A stretch of DNA of 64,000 bases from Auanema rhodensis (taxonomy: Eukaryota > Animalia > Nematoda): contig OZ059896.1 in NCBI GenBank assembly GCA_964057225.1, positions 16,492,001 through 16,556,000 on the forward strand, in the 5' to 3' direction. The first letter of the stretch is position 1. The number at the start of each line of letters is the position of its first letter. The notes beneath the pieces were generated by a model that made no database searches, had not been told where the DNA came from, and saw only the letters and a program-made list of their open reading frames with translations. This document shows positions 1 to 13,400 of the stretch, piece by piece. The position numbers were made by a program, and so were the translations under genes.

Positions 1-2549
1 CTCCGTCAACTATCAAGATAGTAGATAGAGAGCGATTAAGGAGCTGATGGATGAAAGAAAAAAGTCTCTTTACAACTGGTAATCATCATATGGCTATCGG
101 ATAGAAGCAGTATGACAGCCATATTTGTGGATAAAACCACGTGAGAGTAAGAAGTAATGGGTGAAATACAAAGCAAGATAGATAGGATGATCAGCTATAC
201 TGGGGTTAGAAATTTGATGGTTGTACCACAGAAGTAGACAGCGAGAAGGGGAAGGCGAAAATGAAAGGAGGAATAGAATTGTGAGAGGTGATAGAAGGCC
301 AAAAAGAGAGGAAGTGAGAGATAAAGAGAGAGAAAGTGAGTGAAAGAAAGAGAGAAAGAGAGAGGGATCTGATGGGGAGAGATTGCTATGTATGAACAAC
401 CGATAACAGGTTCTCGGTTCGTCGGTCCACTACCATCATCCAACACCCGTATATGGATAAATGAAAATTCTGAAGCTGGTCTTATCTTCTCTCTATTCAA
501 CCACCTATACGTCTCTTCTTCTTTTACACTCTCTCTAGTTCAGATAATCATTAAATGCTACCTGCTTCACACCTAATTCATTAATATACATAGCAAAGGA
601 CACAGATAAGATACTTCATGAGTGATACAGATAGTGATTGGAGATTAAATAGAAGATTGTGTAGTATTGAAAAGATGATCAGATGGTCATTGAAATCTAG
701 AGTATTATGACCAACACAGAATTTGGTGAAGAAACAATGAACATCAACCGTCAGGCAAAGGCAATAACAGGAAAATATTATTAAACATTGAAATATCAAA
801 AAGTGGAAGAGACTTGTTGAAAATAATAATCACCAACTGATCAGGTATAATATTCAATTATAGTTATCAAAAACATCGTTTATCATCCTGGAAAAATACA
901 GTTTATCGACCTTGACTAACTATATTAAGAAGATATGCAACAGCAAAAACCTTGTGTACGTTGAAACACTAAGTCCAGTTTCATTTAAATTCCAACAACA
1001 TCAAAAACAGCTGAAATTTTTTTAAACAATCAGGCTCTGAACATTACGATCTTTAAGACCAAATATAATTGCATATAATTGACAAGATCAAATTCTTTTG
1101 GTGGAATACGTTTAGAAAATGATCTGGATGGAGAAGAAGACATTGTGGCGTTGGCCGTATGTGTGAATGTTAGAATATCCGATATTTGGATATCAAACAT
1201 CAAAAGTGTGAAAACTATGTAAGAAGCATTTGGAGAAATATGTGTTAAGGTAGAGCAACACATTTAATGGAAACTGCCGTGTGTTATATTGGGTTTCAGA
1301 ATGATTGGGTTGAACATCAATACCTACGAATTAATGCTGGATAACGTTTGATTGAATAGATAGAGGCCAACAGTTATTTCGATTAGCCTTCGCACTGAGA
1401 ATGTGAAAAAAGAAGCAGAGCTGAGAATGAGAATATGTGATGATTCCAGGAAAAATGAAGACGATATGAAAGAAAAGAATAAGAAAAGACGGAGGAAAAG
1501 ATGCTAAGGTTCGACAGATATGGATTGAGGTCAAGAGAAATGGCCTCACATGTTTCACGAGGTAGTTCCATGAATACCGTCAAAGCAATCACATTAGTTT
1601 GAAACGGTAACTTCTTGTGGTTTTGACACATAAAAGGTAGAAATATCCCATATTTGGGAAACCAAATGAGTTGTGGTTTACTCTTCAAGCTTTAGTTAAA
1701 AACTCCAATGATGTACTGAAGCAAATGGATAAAACAAAACTTTACCTAGCCATGTCTGGAAATCACGCAAGCAGATAGAAACAAGAAGCCAATAAATGAA
1801 GAATTTAAGAACAAATATGGGCAGGAAATTGCGACAGGAAAGACAGGCTGAGATTGAGAAGATACGAAGGTATACATAAGAGGATTTCAAGCATAGTGGA
1901 ACAGGGAGGCTAGCAGGAGATGACGCGAAATCCGGCGTATAACCTGCTGAAAAGCTTTAAAAATCGTGTCTTTTTGGAATTCTATCCTTTGTACGTAGTT
2001 TACATTGGACATTGTAGCAACAGCATTTTTACCACCATGCATTTGGAAAAAATAGAGAATCGGAAGGAAAGGCGCCTATTGAGTAATGTCAAGACAAGAA
2101 ATACAAACTTGAGATCTAACAATCCGATGACCACATTAAAAGAGACATCATCAAACGCGTTCCCTAACTGTCTTATCCCTAAAATATCAAGCTTTCTGAA
2201 ATAACAGATACAGAAAACGATCGCGAAAAATGCCACATTCAAGCAAAAGTCGACTCCGTATGACAGAACAATTGAATCCCAAACGAAAGTTCTCTTGGAA
2301 ACACGATAAGCATTGCGCAACTTCTTATTATCTCCTCAATGAGAATACGGTTAATATACAAGCGCCTCCGTAAGTATATCACACTAGGATTTTCCAGTAA
2401 TCTCGAGTATTGATACTAAACTTATGCTTGTTAACTATTCCCGCTTCTATTGTACGCTAATTATAAAATTATCTATTAGGTGTAACTTAAAAAAACAAAA
2501 ACTAAGAGAACACGACAACTTTATGTCATCGAAATAACAATAACAAAAT

Positions 2550-3096
<547 letters not shown>

Positions 3097-3702
3097 GTTT
3101 TCTATAAAAAAAATTAAAAACTAAAATTTAAAAAATAGGTTTAAAAAAATAAGAAAAACTATATAAAAAAAAGCATAAGAGTGATTTCAATAGTAATTAA
3201 GCTTAAATTAAACGCCTAATAGATTATCATAACTTAAAAAAGTCAAATATACTACACACTACAAAGAACTTTATAATAAAACACAAAAATAATACTAAAT
3301 TAGCAAAAACACAACATTCATATGAACCGAGTCCCAAAAATTTAGCAATTCTTCAATAAGTTAAAGGTCTGTGCTACAGTAAGATTTTAAAATCGTCAGA
3401 CCTGCGCATCAAACTTTAAACACTATTACTGGCCATTAGCCAAAGATAAAATTAATCATGAATATTAAATATAACATTGAATTTAAGTAATTAAAATATT
3501 CAAATAAAACATAAATTTAATAGTTCCGGGGATATTTAATTCAATGTAAATTATGCTGTGTACGCACTCGACTCATTTCTATTATTCGCTTGAACACAGA
3601 ACAGTTTATTTATTTATTCAAAATCTTTCATTCTTTAAAGAATCTTTTTCTCTTTATGCAGTTGATAGTTCATTTTTTAAATTCAGTAATTTTTATTTTA
3701 GA
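3097..3702. promoter_or_regulatory. Divergent (bidirectional) promoter region shared by rps-23 and dpm-3
   Basis: About 600 bp between two head-to-head ATGs. Each ATG is immediately preceded by a 3' splice-site-like sequence (TTTATAG on -, TTTTAG on +), with T-rich outron-like tracts. Confidence 0.75.
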
Positions 3703-4164
3703 ATGGCTTCTCAGTTGGTTTTGTACTTGGCTCATATAATACCTTTGACTGTTTTGTGGCTAAGTGTAGTTTTAGAATGGATACCACTTTTACAATATGG
3801 TCCATCCTGTGATTGCTGGAAGCATTTTGTATATTTTGTAAGTATTAAATGTGTTTCAATGTATTTAACTTTTTTTTCAGGCTCCTGTGTATGCTGTAGG
3901 ATTATTAGGGGTAAGTTCATAGTCTAGCGTATTCATCGTACTCATTTTTGAAATAAATAATATTCTTCCCAGAATTTTATTTGTATAAGGAAACGTCTTG
4001 CCTTCTTCAGGCTTATATTTTCAACCGAAATTTTTTAGGTTTATGCTGCTGGATCAGTTGTGTATGGTGTCGCTACATTCAACGATTGTGCTGCCGCTCG
4101 TGACGAACTCTTGGGGGAAATAGTTGAAGCTCGTAAAGATTTGGAAAAGAAAAAGATAATTTAA
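3703..4164 (+). CDS. dpm-3: Dolichol-phosphate mannosyltransferase subunit 3, 3 exons: 3703-3837, 3881-3910, 4039-4164
   Basis: MASQLVLYLAHIIPLTVLWLSVVLEWIPLLQYGPSCDCWKHFVYF|APVYAVGLLG|VYAAGSVVYGVATFNDCAAARDELLGEIVEARKDLEKKKII*. Two hydrophobic helices plus the DPM3 signature YGVATFNDC..A..EL..EI.EAR.DL; phase-0 GTAAGT..AG introns. Confidence 0.95.
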
Positions 4165-5892
4165 GTTATTAAAAGCTTTTTTATGGGTTTAACTGTGATA
4201 TTGCTTTATCCAACTGGTTTTTAAAATTTAAAGTATTATATATACCTTTGGTCAGAGTTTGCTAGTTTGATTATAAAGGTATTAAATTAAGATTTCCATT
4301 TATATTAGTTCGACTCTTATCATTTGGATTCATTTATATACGGTTCATATCTCCTTCTCTTCCTTCTCTTGCATATAAATTAATCTTTTTATTTTGTCAT
4401 CAAATTCAAGTATTTGTGTTCGTCTACTTCAGTGGCCGTCTGCAGAAAAATGCGATTTTTTATTCGAAAGAAATGCTTCTGGCTCGAAAAGATTGTAAAT
4501 GTGACTTGGAAGGTTTAAACTCGGTGATTCATACTTTTTGTTAATGGTAATCAATTATCTTATCACTGTCTTATGGTTCTTTCTCAATTTTTTGAAATTT
4601 CGATCCACAGGTAGAGATTTCTTAATTTGATCACCCGTGTAACTATGTGCATCGTTTTTGTTAGGTGTTTTTCTTATATGAAATAGCTGTGTTATGTTCA
4701 GCTGAACGACAGCTTGATCTGTTGAAATTAGGCGTTAACAAAACCCTATGCCTTGCTGATTTACAGGAAGTTAAGATGATTTTTATGTGTGTATGTTCTG
4801 AAAACATGCTTCCTATTCCGACTAGACTTGTTCAGAACAAGTTGAACTTTGAATTGTTGTAAACTTCCTGACTGGCGTTTCGATATTGCGTTTAGAAGAA
4901 AATGTTTCATCATTTGAATCGAGTGACAAATCATAAATACTAAAACAAAGGTTTATATAGCGGTTGGAACGTACGTTTAAATGCTCGTTTCATGGAAACT
5001 ACTTGGTGAACGCCGATTCTTTATTGAGTTAAAGTTCATGTTTTCCCATATCCGTTTTCTTTTGACGATCATATCCGAAATCATTTCTTCCGCAAAGCAT
5101 GTTATATATCCTTTTGGGAATAACATGAGCAAAACTATGAGATAGTTCATGGACGCTCTTAATGGGTGGTATTGAGATAGAGATGTTGAGGATAGCTCTC
5201 AAGGCGTCATCTGGGCAATGCATATCAGATGGCTTCCACGGCCTCCGACTTAAATTGAATTGAGGCGCTATCCGGTCGCAGTCGTCTCTTAATTGTGGCG
5301 TCTGCCGGGTCTTCCCTTCATTTCAAAAAGAAGCAAACTTCTTTCTTACTTACCAGCTAAGCTATGAAGTCTTCCGTCACACAATTTCTCAGTCAGGTTA
5401 GTTAGGTTTTGAATTATAGTATTGCTTATGTTGGAATAGTTTGCCTAGACGGAATAGTTTTATTGACAGCTTTTGATTAGCAACAACATTGGTATATACC
5501 TCACAATAATGATTTGGAGGTATTACTGGCTAATATCACTTATTATATGATAGAAAATTCTACACTCTCAAGAGATATGAAAGTGGAACTGTGTTTACTA
5601 ACGAGGTGAACAATGATTTTACGGGAAGTTTCTGATGAAAAGTGATACATTCAAGTTATAATTGGCTATTAAAGAAACAATCATAGATATGGATAAATCA
5701 GAAGTCAAATGTTAAGCTTAAGTATTATCAGTTGCTAAATTTGGACACCGCGACATGATGATGTAGACAACAATTTGGTCCATAGACACTTAGGAATTAG
5801 TATTAAAATAGCATCTACTTTGTCTTAGAAAGTTTTTGCAAAGATCATTAATGACATTTTTGGAAGAACAAAAATTTTTTAGAATATTCTTT

Positions 5893-8264
5893 TTAACTTC
5901 TGCGTTGTCGAAATTCTTTGACGATGTGTAGTAGCGATGGGAAGGCTTCACGGATCATCTGAGCTAGTCCAAAAGCCAAAGCAATAACCCGCAACTCATT
6001 GTCACAGTTTTGTGCCCATGTTACCTTAATGATATTAAGTTAGAGCTAAAATTAATTAAATTTTTCGTTATACTTTTATTGAATTTTCACTCAAGAAAGA
6101 CTGTTGTGGTGTGATTTTGACCAAGGGTTTGTCATGCTTAACTAGGCTCCATTGTTCTTTAGAAAAAGTGCAGCCACAAGCCATCAGAAGGCTGGCGAGG
6201 CTAACCGACTGTGTAAGAATACGAGTTCTAAAAATAGTTCGTGTTCAGAATTCTACCACTTCATACATTAATAAAAACTACAAATGATAATACGAAGAGG
6301 TAACTGTTTTGGAAAAATTCCTAGCTTACCCCGTTAGGCTGTCAGTATTAGCTTGGATTAAAACTGCTCCTCCCAATTCTCTGAGCTCATAAACTGTGAT
6401 ACCTAAAAATCAATCTTATTGTTGCTATTTTCTTAGAAATTACCTGTAATTGGATGCTTAACTTTTGCAATACAAGCCGAATCTGGTTCATCTAGCTCTC
6501 CGAAAGAGATACTAAACAGCTTTTTACTTCCTTCTTGTAATTGTAGTTCGTCAGGGTAAAGGCTAGCTGAAAATGAGGTGTCATGTTATACTGATAGATC
6601 GTTTTCATTGCTAACCAGTCATTACGCGAAAGCCATCTTGGTCAAAAAGTTCAAATTCCACTGGATCAAATATGACAGCGTTTTTCATTACATACTGTTG
6701 AACGGCATGTGTTATCTAAAAAAAAAATTAAAAGCAAATAGATATAATTGAAAATTGCAATATCTTAATGCTGATAGTATACACACCTGCCTAGTGTCTG
6801 TAATTTTGATGAGAAGATATTCACTTTTCTGAAGAATGGTAACAGGTTCTATTCGTGTAAATTGTGGAGCAATAGCCGTCGAAAAGCGCCTGCAAATCCT
6901 TTTAATTATATGCACTTTCATGATTAGTTTTCTATAAATTAATTCAAAAAAGTTGAGTCAATTGTTATAGCTGTAATAAAAGAGCTTTTATTTACATTTG
7001 TTCGTCAATCTGAATAATTGAGAAAATATTCTCATTGTTTTCTATTCTTATGATATTCCATCTAACACCATTCAACATATATTCCTACAATTTGTTATTA
7101 TTCTTGAGGAAATAGCATAAGACTTTAGTCAAAAACTGGAAACCAAAGTGTGTCCCTGCTCTATTTTAGCTGTTCTCTGTATGGCAGAAATTTAATTTTA
7201 GCCTGCTCATATTGACTATTTTTTTGATTTTTCTTTACTGTACTTTTCTCTTTGTTTTAATGTAAATATGTATATAGTATTCAATGTGACTTATATATCT
7301 AAATATTTTTGTTTCTATTCCTTATTTGATATTTTTCCCTTTTTTTTGGTATTTATTCAGTCCTGAACTATTAGAATTGGCATCGTTTCTCACCTGGCTT
7401 GCCGTTGTAGCTGAGCCGTTACGGACTGTCTCCTTCCAGCCATGCTTGCATTCCTGGATTGTGAGCCTTGTGAAGATCGACGCTGTTGTTTGATCTAAAA
7501 ATAAAAAAAATATTCGTTTATCTTCAAAAGTTCAATATAGTGTCAAATGGAAAATTGTGATTTTCCTATCTAGTGAATTGAATTGGTGTTTGAAATAAAA
7601 GTCCAGACAGACGACAGGATAACTTTAATACAGTGAGGTGTTAAAGCTTTTAAAAGAATATTTTTTATTTGACAGATATACAGCTAAAAGAGCGTGGAAG
7701 AAAGAAGAGAAAAAATAAAAAATAGAAAAGTGAATTATGAGAAAGTGATACACAGAGAGAAAGATAGATATAAAATAAAAATAGTGATAGAAAACAAGAA
7801 ATAAAGATCAAAGAGAGTTGAAATAGAAAGAGTGTAAATGTGATTGTTGAAAATTTAAAGTGTTTATACATGTAAGAATTTTCATAGATTCATGGAACTA
7901 TATAGATTTAGCATAGATTTATGTTGTTGTATGAGGAAAGTATTGGAATACACGTATGTAATTTCCACAACAAACAAACATCATATGCAATTTATATAAT
8001 TTATTTTTCATGATTTAAAAAAAAATTCAAACCAAGTGAATCGAATGAAATTTTAACCCTGCAAGTTAAAACACTTAGTTCAGGAAAGTGAAGTAGAAAT
8101 AGAAGGAAAGGCTGAGAGTTTAGTGAAAGAAAGAGAGAGAGGGATAGAGATAGATAGTAGTAGGAAGTTATAAAGGTACTAGCACTTCAACTTACCGATG
8201 GTTGATAAACGATTACTGATGGTGATGCGCCATCAGGATCTTGCAGGTAGCCTGCTCGGGACAT
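5893..8264 (-). CDS. Uncharacterised ~284-aa protein, probably phospholipid-scramblase/Tubby-C-like fold; 8 exons: 8264-8196, 7494-7394, 6889-6787, 6715-6616, 6566-6444, 6402-6330, 6227-6074, 6024-5893
   Basis: All eight exons join in frame with GT-AG boundaries: MSRAGYLQDPDGASPSVIVYQPS|IKQQRRSSQ...|RFSTAIAPQF...|...LLMACGCTFSKEQWSLV...|VTWAQNCDNELRVIALAFGLAQMIREAFPSLLHIVKEFRQRRS*. A beta-strand-like core, a CGC motif and a C-terminal hydrophobic helix resemble scramblases. The gene model is solid; the family call is tentative. Confidence 0.8.
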
Positions 8265-10389
8265 TCTCGACTCTCTCAGACGATCAGTAACTCTGAGGGA
8301 GATCAAGATTAATGTTGAGAGGGAGAGTAAGAATGGGAATCGAGACAGAAATACTGGGTGGGTGGTGGTGTCTTTCCTTTTTCAGAGCAGTTTAGGAAGT
8401 GGGGAGGGGAATCATGGAGCAGTAAAGATAGAATGGAAGGAAGACGATTCTGATAGAGAGAATCAGAAAGTGACAGGGAGGAGTTCAAACAGAGTGGCAA
8501 AGAAAGAAAGAGAATCAGAGACAAGAAAGGAAAGCAAGAGAGAGAGGAGATGTGAAAGATGACAATGACATTAGAATTTTCCATTGAAGCAGGACAAAAT
8601 TGACAAAAACGAAATAGTTGTGAAGTAATTAGCTTGTGTGGAAGAGACAGATGGAGCGTAGGTTGTGTGAAGCTCAGATTCATTGCTGTTAAAGAGGTTA
8701 ACCTACCATTTATGGCGGAACAACTCATTTTTCACTCTCTCTTCTCTTCCTTATCTTTTCTGTTTTCTCTTTTTTATTCTATCTCTTCCTTCCTCTAAAA
8801 TTCTTTTAACTTTCTTTCATAGTTTTCCCTCTCACTCTTTCTCTCTTTGTCTCTTCTATATCAATTTGCTTGTTCTACTCTCTTGTTTTGTCTTACTATC
8901 TCTTCGGATTCTTTGTTTCTATATTCAGCTAAACTTCTGAATTCTGACTTCAGAAATTGCTATTCTATTATCGATTTAAGGCTCGTTAGTCCATTACTTG
9001 TTTTCTTCGAAATTCGAAGAAGTTATCGAATTGGAAGCCAGTAACGATATCATCATCGTTTGACTACGTTCTATAATTCATCTAAGAAATCATGAGTTTA
9101 TGTAAGACGTGACGCTTAAAAATGACGAGAAATCGTTTTAAAAGAACTACATGTGACATACAGAACTTGATCACCTTTATAAACAGTTTGATTATCCACA
9201 TTTACTGCTGACATCCCTGTCATATCCTTGAAGCCTTCTAGCGCTCGTCAGGTTGACACTCATGCTTGCGTTCATATGTTGTTTTTCATGTCACAACATT
9301 AAGTCAACTGGAAGATGAAATGTTTTCTTCTGACAAAGAAACACCTTTTTTGGTGTTTTGTTTCAAAAAAATCTTGAAAGTCAGTCAGTCCAGTTTCTTC
9401 GAATTTCACTCAAAGTTCTTTTGAGCAAGCCATCATCTGGGTACAGTTGGCGTGGTATAGACGAATGTCGAAAACTCGTGAAATGTTCAAAAATTATCCG
9501 GAGAATGAACTTCGAAAATATTTTGAATTTTGTAGTTGTTCGGGTGATCAAGGTTTATTTTCTTCACATTTCTGAGAAGAAAAAACTAGCAAAAGGCTAA
9601 AGCAGCCGAGAAAGGGATATTGTTTGCTAGTATATTGCTGTGAAAGTTCAAAAAGGCGGGAATGCTTTCGCTAGTCAGGATAACGTCAGTTTTCTGTTTC
9701 TAAATATCTGCTTGAATTTGCTCAACTATGAGAAATCTTTGATACACTGCCAGATAATATCTTTGTCTTAGGGAAGCAAGCAAAGCGTAAAATAGACAAC
9801 TCAAGCTCTTCAAGGTCTTTATATTTATTAAAAACGTTGTTTGATATTTGAAAAGATTGTTTTTTTATTTTATCATTCGGCTACTTGTTGAATTTCATGA
9901 CAGAATATGGGATAAAGTAAAGCTTAATTGGATATACATATACATGTAAAGCTAAAGATGCTTATGTACTTTCTGCGGTTGGCTGCATGCCATTCTTAGC
10001 TTTCATCAGTCATCATAAGACCAACTCTTTCTGATCTTTTCTCATGATTGCTACCATTCAAACAAGCAACGAGCTGTTGAAGTTTTGAGGACGGAAGAAA
10101 GAGAACGAATTCTCCCAAAAAAAGAAAAGAAAAACGAAAAAGACGATGTGAACGAGAGAAATATGATGGAATAAAAGAAGAAGACGACAATGTCTTGACT
10201 GAGAAAGAGTTTTAGCAACAGCCTTATGATTGTTCGTTAACTTCCCTTGCTCTTTTTCATTTCTATTCCTGGATTTGTTACAATACTCTCCCTCGCTTCT
10301 CTTCTCTTAATGAGCTATTTGATTTTTTTTGACCATATACTTTGACCACTCATTTTCTTTAAGTTTAAATTTTTTTTTCTCTTTCTCTC

Positions 10390-10392
<3 letters not shown>

Positions 10393-10459
<67 letters not shown>
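10393..10459 (+). repeat. (CT)n microsatellite
   Basis: About 33 uninterrupted CT units. Confidence 0.97.
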
Positions 10460-10462
<3 letters not shown>

Positions 10463-13400
10463 CCCTACAATCAACTTGATCATTCTGTTATTAAAATGTT
10501 AAAAGACAAATTTACATGAGCATATGTATTTGAAATAGACAATGGTAATTCTTATAAAAAATTAAAAGATTTGTGGTGACTTCAGACGATGACGTCGGAG
10601 GTTATCGACGGCTGAAGAGTTAGGCACTGGTCATAAGCGTTTACGAATCTGATTCCTGCCAACAAAGACTCTTGAAATTGGATACAACAGCATTATCTCT
10701 CTTTGGTCTTCCTCTAATTCTTGGAACAAATATGAAAAAGAGTGAAGAGATTCGACTTTGTCACTCTTCACTTCAAACAATGGGAAAATGCAGAAATCAG
10801 TTAGTTGGCTCAGCAACTGGATAGAAGAAGATCAGGGCTGAAAGTTAGCCTTAGTCAGGAATTAGTAATGAGTGGGTGTGTGGAATAAATGATCACAATA
10901 AAAGACAAAAAATGAAAGTTTAGTACAGAACTCCGTTGAAAATTCAACAGATGTTGATAGACGTTTGTATTGCTGTATGGCAAAGAGCAAGCTCGGGATA
11001 TTGAGACAAAGTTTGGGAATCAGGAAAATGCTCAAAAGACTTTTTCGGTTGACTAGACCAGAATTCAGCATATATATGCATATATACGGATATATACATA
11101 TGTATAAAGAATCTGAAATCTCGTTGTCACTTGATTAATACACGAGAAACACACCAGACATGACTTTTCAGGCTACATCTTGATGGCATTGTCCAGCTAG
11201 CGAAAGCAATGTGCTCATGTAAAACTAGCGCTCAGTTTGGAATTATAAATGTATATGAAAAGAGAAAAAATGGAGAAAATATGGTGAATGAATGTAATGG
11301 AAAGATCGAGTGTAACTGAAAAGAATATGTGAAAATAAAAAGAAGAGAATGAAGAAGAATTAAATGAAATGATTGAGATGAAAACAGAATATTCTTAAAT
11401 AACAACAAAGAACGAATTGTATTTATTAAATTAAATAAAAAAAAATCTTAAGAATATAGTTTATTTTTATGAGATTTTATAACTTTTTATTAATAGAGTG
11501 TGAATGAGCTAGTTTAAATACAACCATTTCCGGCTATCATGTTACTAAAAATAAGTGACAGCCCACGTTGATAATATTCACGTAATAAGCGTACTTATCA
11601 TCACAGTATTCAAATTAGATAAAAAATTTACATATACACTTAATAGTATAGTAAAAGGTCGAATTTTAGAAGGTAAATGAGAAAAATACATGTATCAGTT
11701 AAGCGGATGGAACACTGAAGCTAGCTCCACTCATTGTGTCTAGAGCTTCCACAGCAACTAAATAATAATCTAGAATGTAGAAAGATAGAAAGAGAGCATG
11801 AGAGAGAGAGAATCAGTGAGAAAAACAAAGTCAGGGGGCCAGGTGAACCGCCTTCGTGATTCTGGACCACAACAATTTCTTTCAAACATTTTCACTCTAT
11901 ATCTCTATATCGAGTTTAACGTTCTCTTCATATATCCCAATCTCCCTCTGCTCTTTCTCCCCCCTCTCTATTTCTCTCTTTATTCTTTTATCCTCCCACC
12001 ATGTTTCCTCTATCGGTTTCTATCATATTCTTGTATGGCTAGGGTTATGTATGCCATGCGTGTGTATATACATGTGTGTATGTGCCGGTTCGTAGCCTTG
12101 GGGTAGATAATTTCAATGCAGTGAGCATCATGGATGCATACATCGGCTGAGATACAAATCAAGCAGTATATAGGTGTAGTCTCTCTGTCTCTTTCCCATT
12201 GTCCATATGCTGTATCACAGTTATGTAGACGTTCTGGTGATGTTATGAGTATACTATATTAATATTTGGATGTACATACATATATGCTTGAGATATACAT
12301 TTCCTTAGTTAGTATAACATACTACTTTTCTTCTTTCATTTCTATTTTTCCCAATCATTTTACTCAACTAAGGAATTTTAAGAAAAGCTAGAAGAGAAAG
12401 AGTTTGATGTTATTGATAAACAAACAAACATTTTGCCTTATTTATGAGCAAAAAAGGCATACAATACAATAACGAAACAGAAAAGAAAATGAAAATCTGA
12501 AGATTCAGAAAAAAAAAAAGAAGAAAAAGAACCAAAACAGGTGAAGATGTGTAGTGCAAGCTACACAATCGTTGACATTGCCTCCTGAACGGCTGAATGA
12601 TCAATTGCCATAATAATTATTTTGAACTTTGTTTGGCTTAATTCTCAAATTAAAATTTCAAAATAAGACAAATGAGATACAAATATGAGGCCAAAATTAT
12701 ATTTCAGTTGCACTAGAAACAGTTAAAAAGGGAAATGAGTGAATAGATTCATCTTGCATTCAAAAGTCTTTTCTTATATATCTCACTTGTTTCTCCTTCT
12801 ATTGGAAAATCTATTTTTCACTTTTTTCTCAATTTTAAATATAATTGGCCTCACCGGATCTTCCTGTTGTGATCTGCTACACAACTTGGAAAAAATATGA
12901 GCCACCCCGTTAGGACGGAAGGGAATAATCGCAAAAAGTCTAAGAAAACTTCATTTTTTCCCTGTAGAAGAGAACAAGAGGATGACGTTGACTTTTATAG
13001 TTTATGCCTTGTATCATGATTAAGTGAAAACCCCCGTCATTTCATGATTTATGCTGAGCATTGGTGGTCAAGCAACCTATGCTGTAGAGTTTTTTTTGAG
13101 TATACGGATTAAAGGAAATAGAGAAGATGAGCCTGAAGAAGGAAGATAGAATTGAAGGAAAAGGACGACGACGAAAACGAAAAAAATGTCGGAAAAAGCT
13201 AACGTTGAAAGTTGACGTCATGTTCTTCAAAGTTTTTAAGCAGAGACAACGAGAGTACGCGTCTATCAATGATACAGAATATACAAATGGCATTGAGATA
13301 CGTATGAATACATAAATATGTGACAACGATGAAGCATATGATCATGCTACTGCCATACTCTTTGGACAAAAAAATTAATTTCTAATTTCTTCTCGAAAAC

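Noticed and set aside
94-2400. Short ORFs and exon-like pieces downstream of rps-23 (possible operon gene)
   Set aside because: No phase-consistent exon chain or recognisable motif; several ORFs are translations of GA/CT-rich low-complexity DNA.
4380-5400. Possible gene between dpm-3 and the scramblase-like gene
   Set aside because: Splice-like sites exist, but they do not join into an open, recognisable product.
12213-12245. TATCACAG (mir-2/mir-43 family seed)
   Set aside because: No complementary upstream arm, so no pre-miRNA hairpin.
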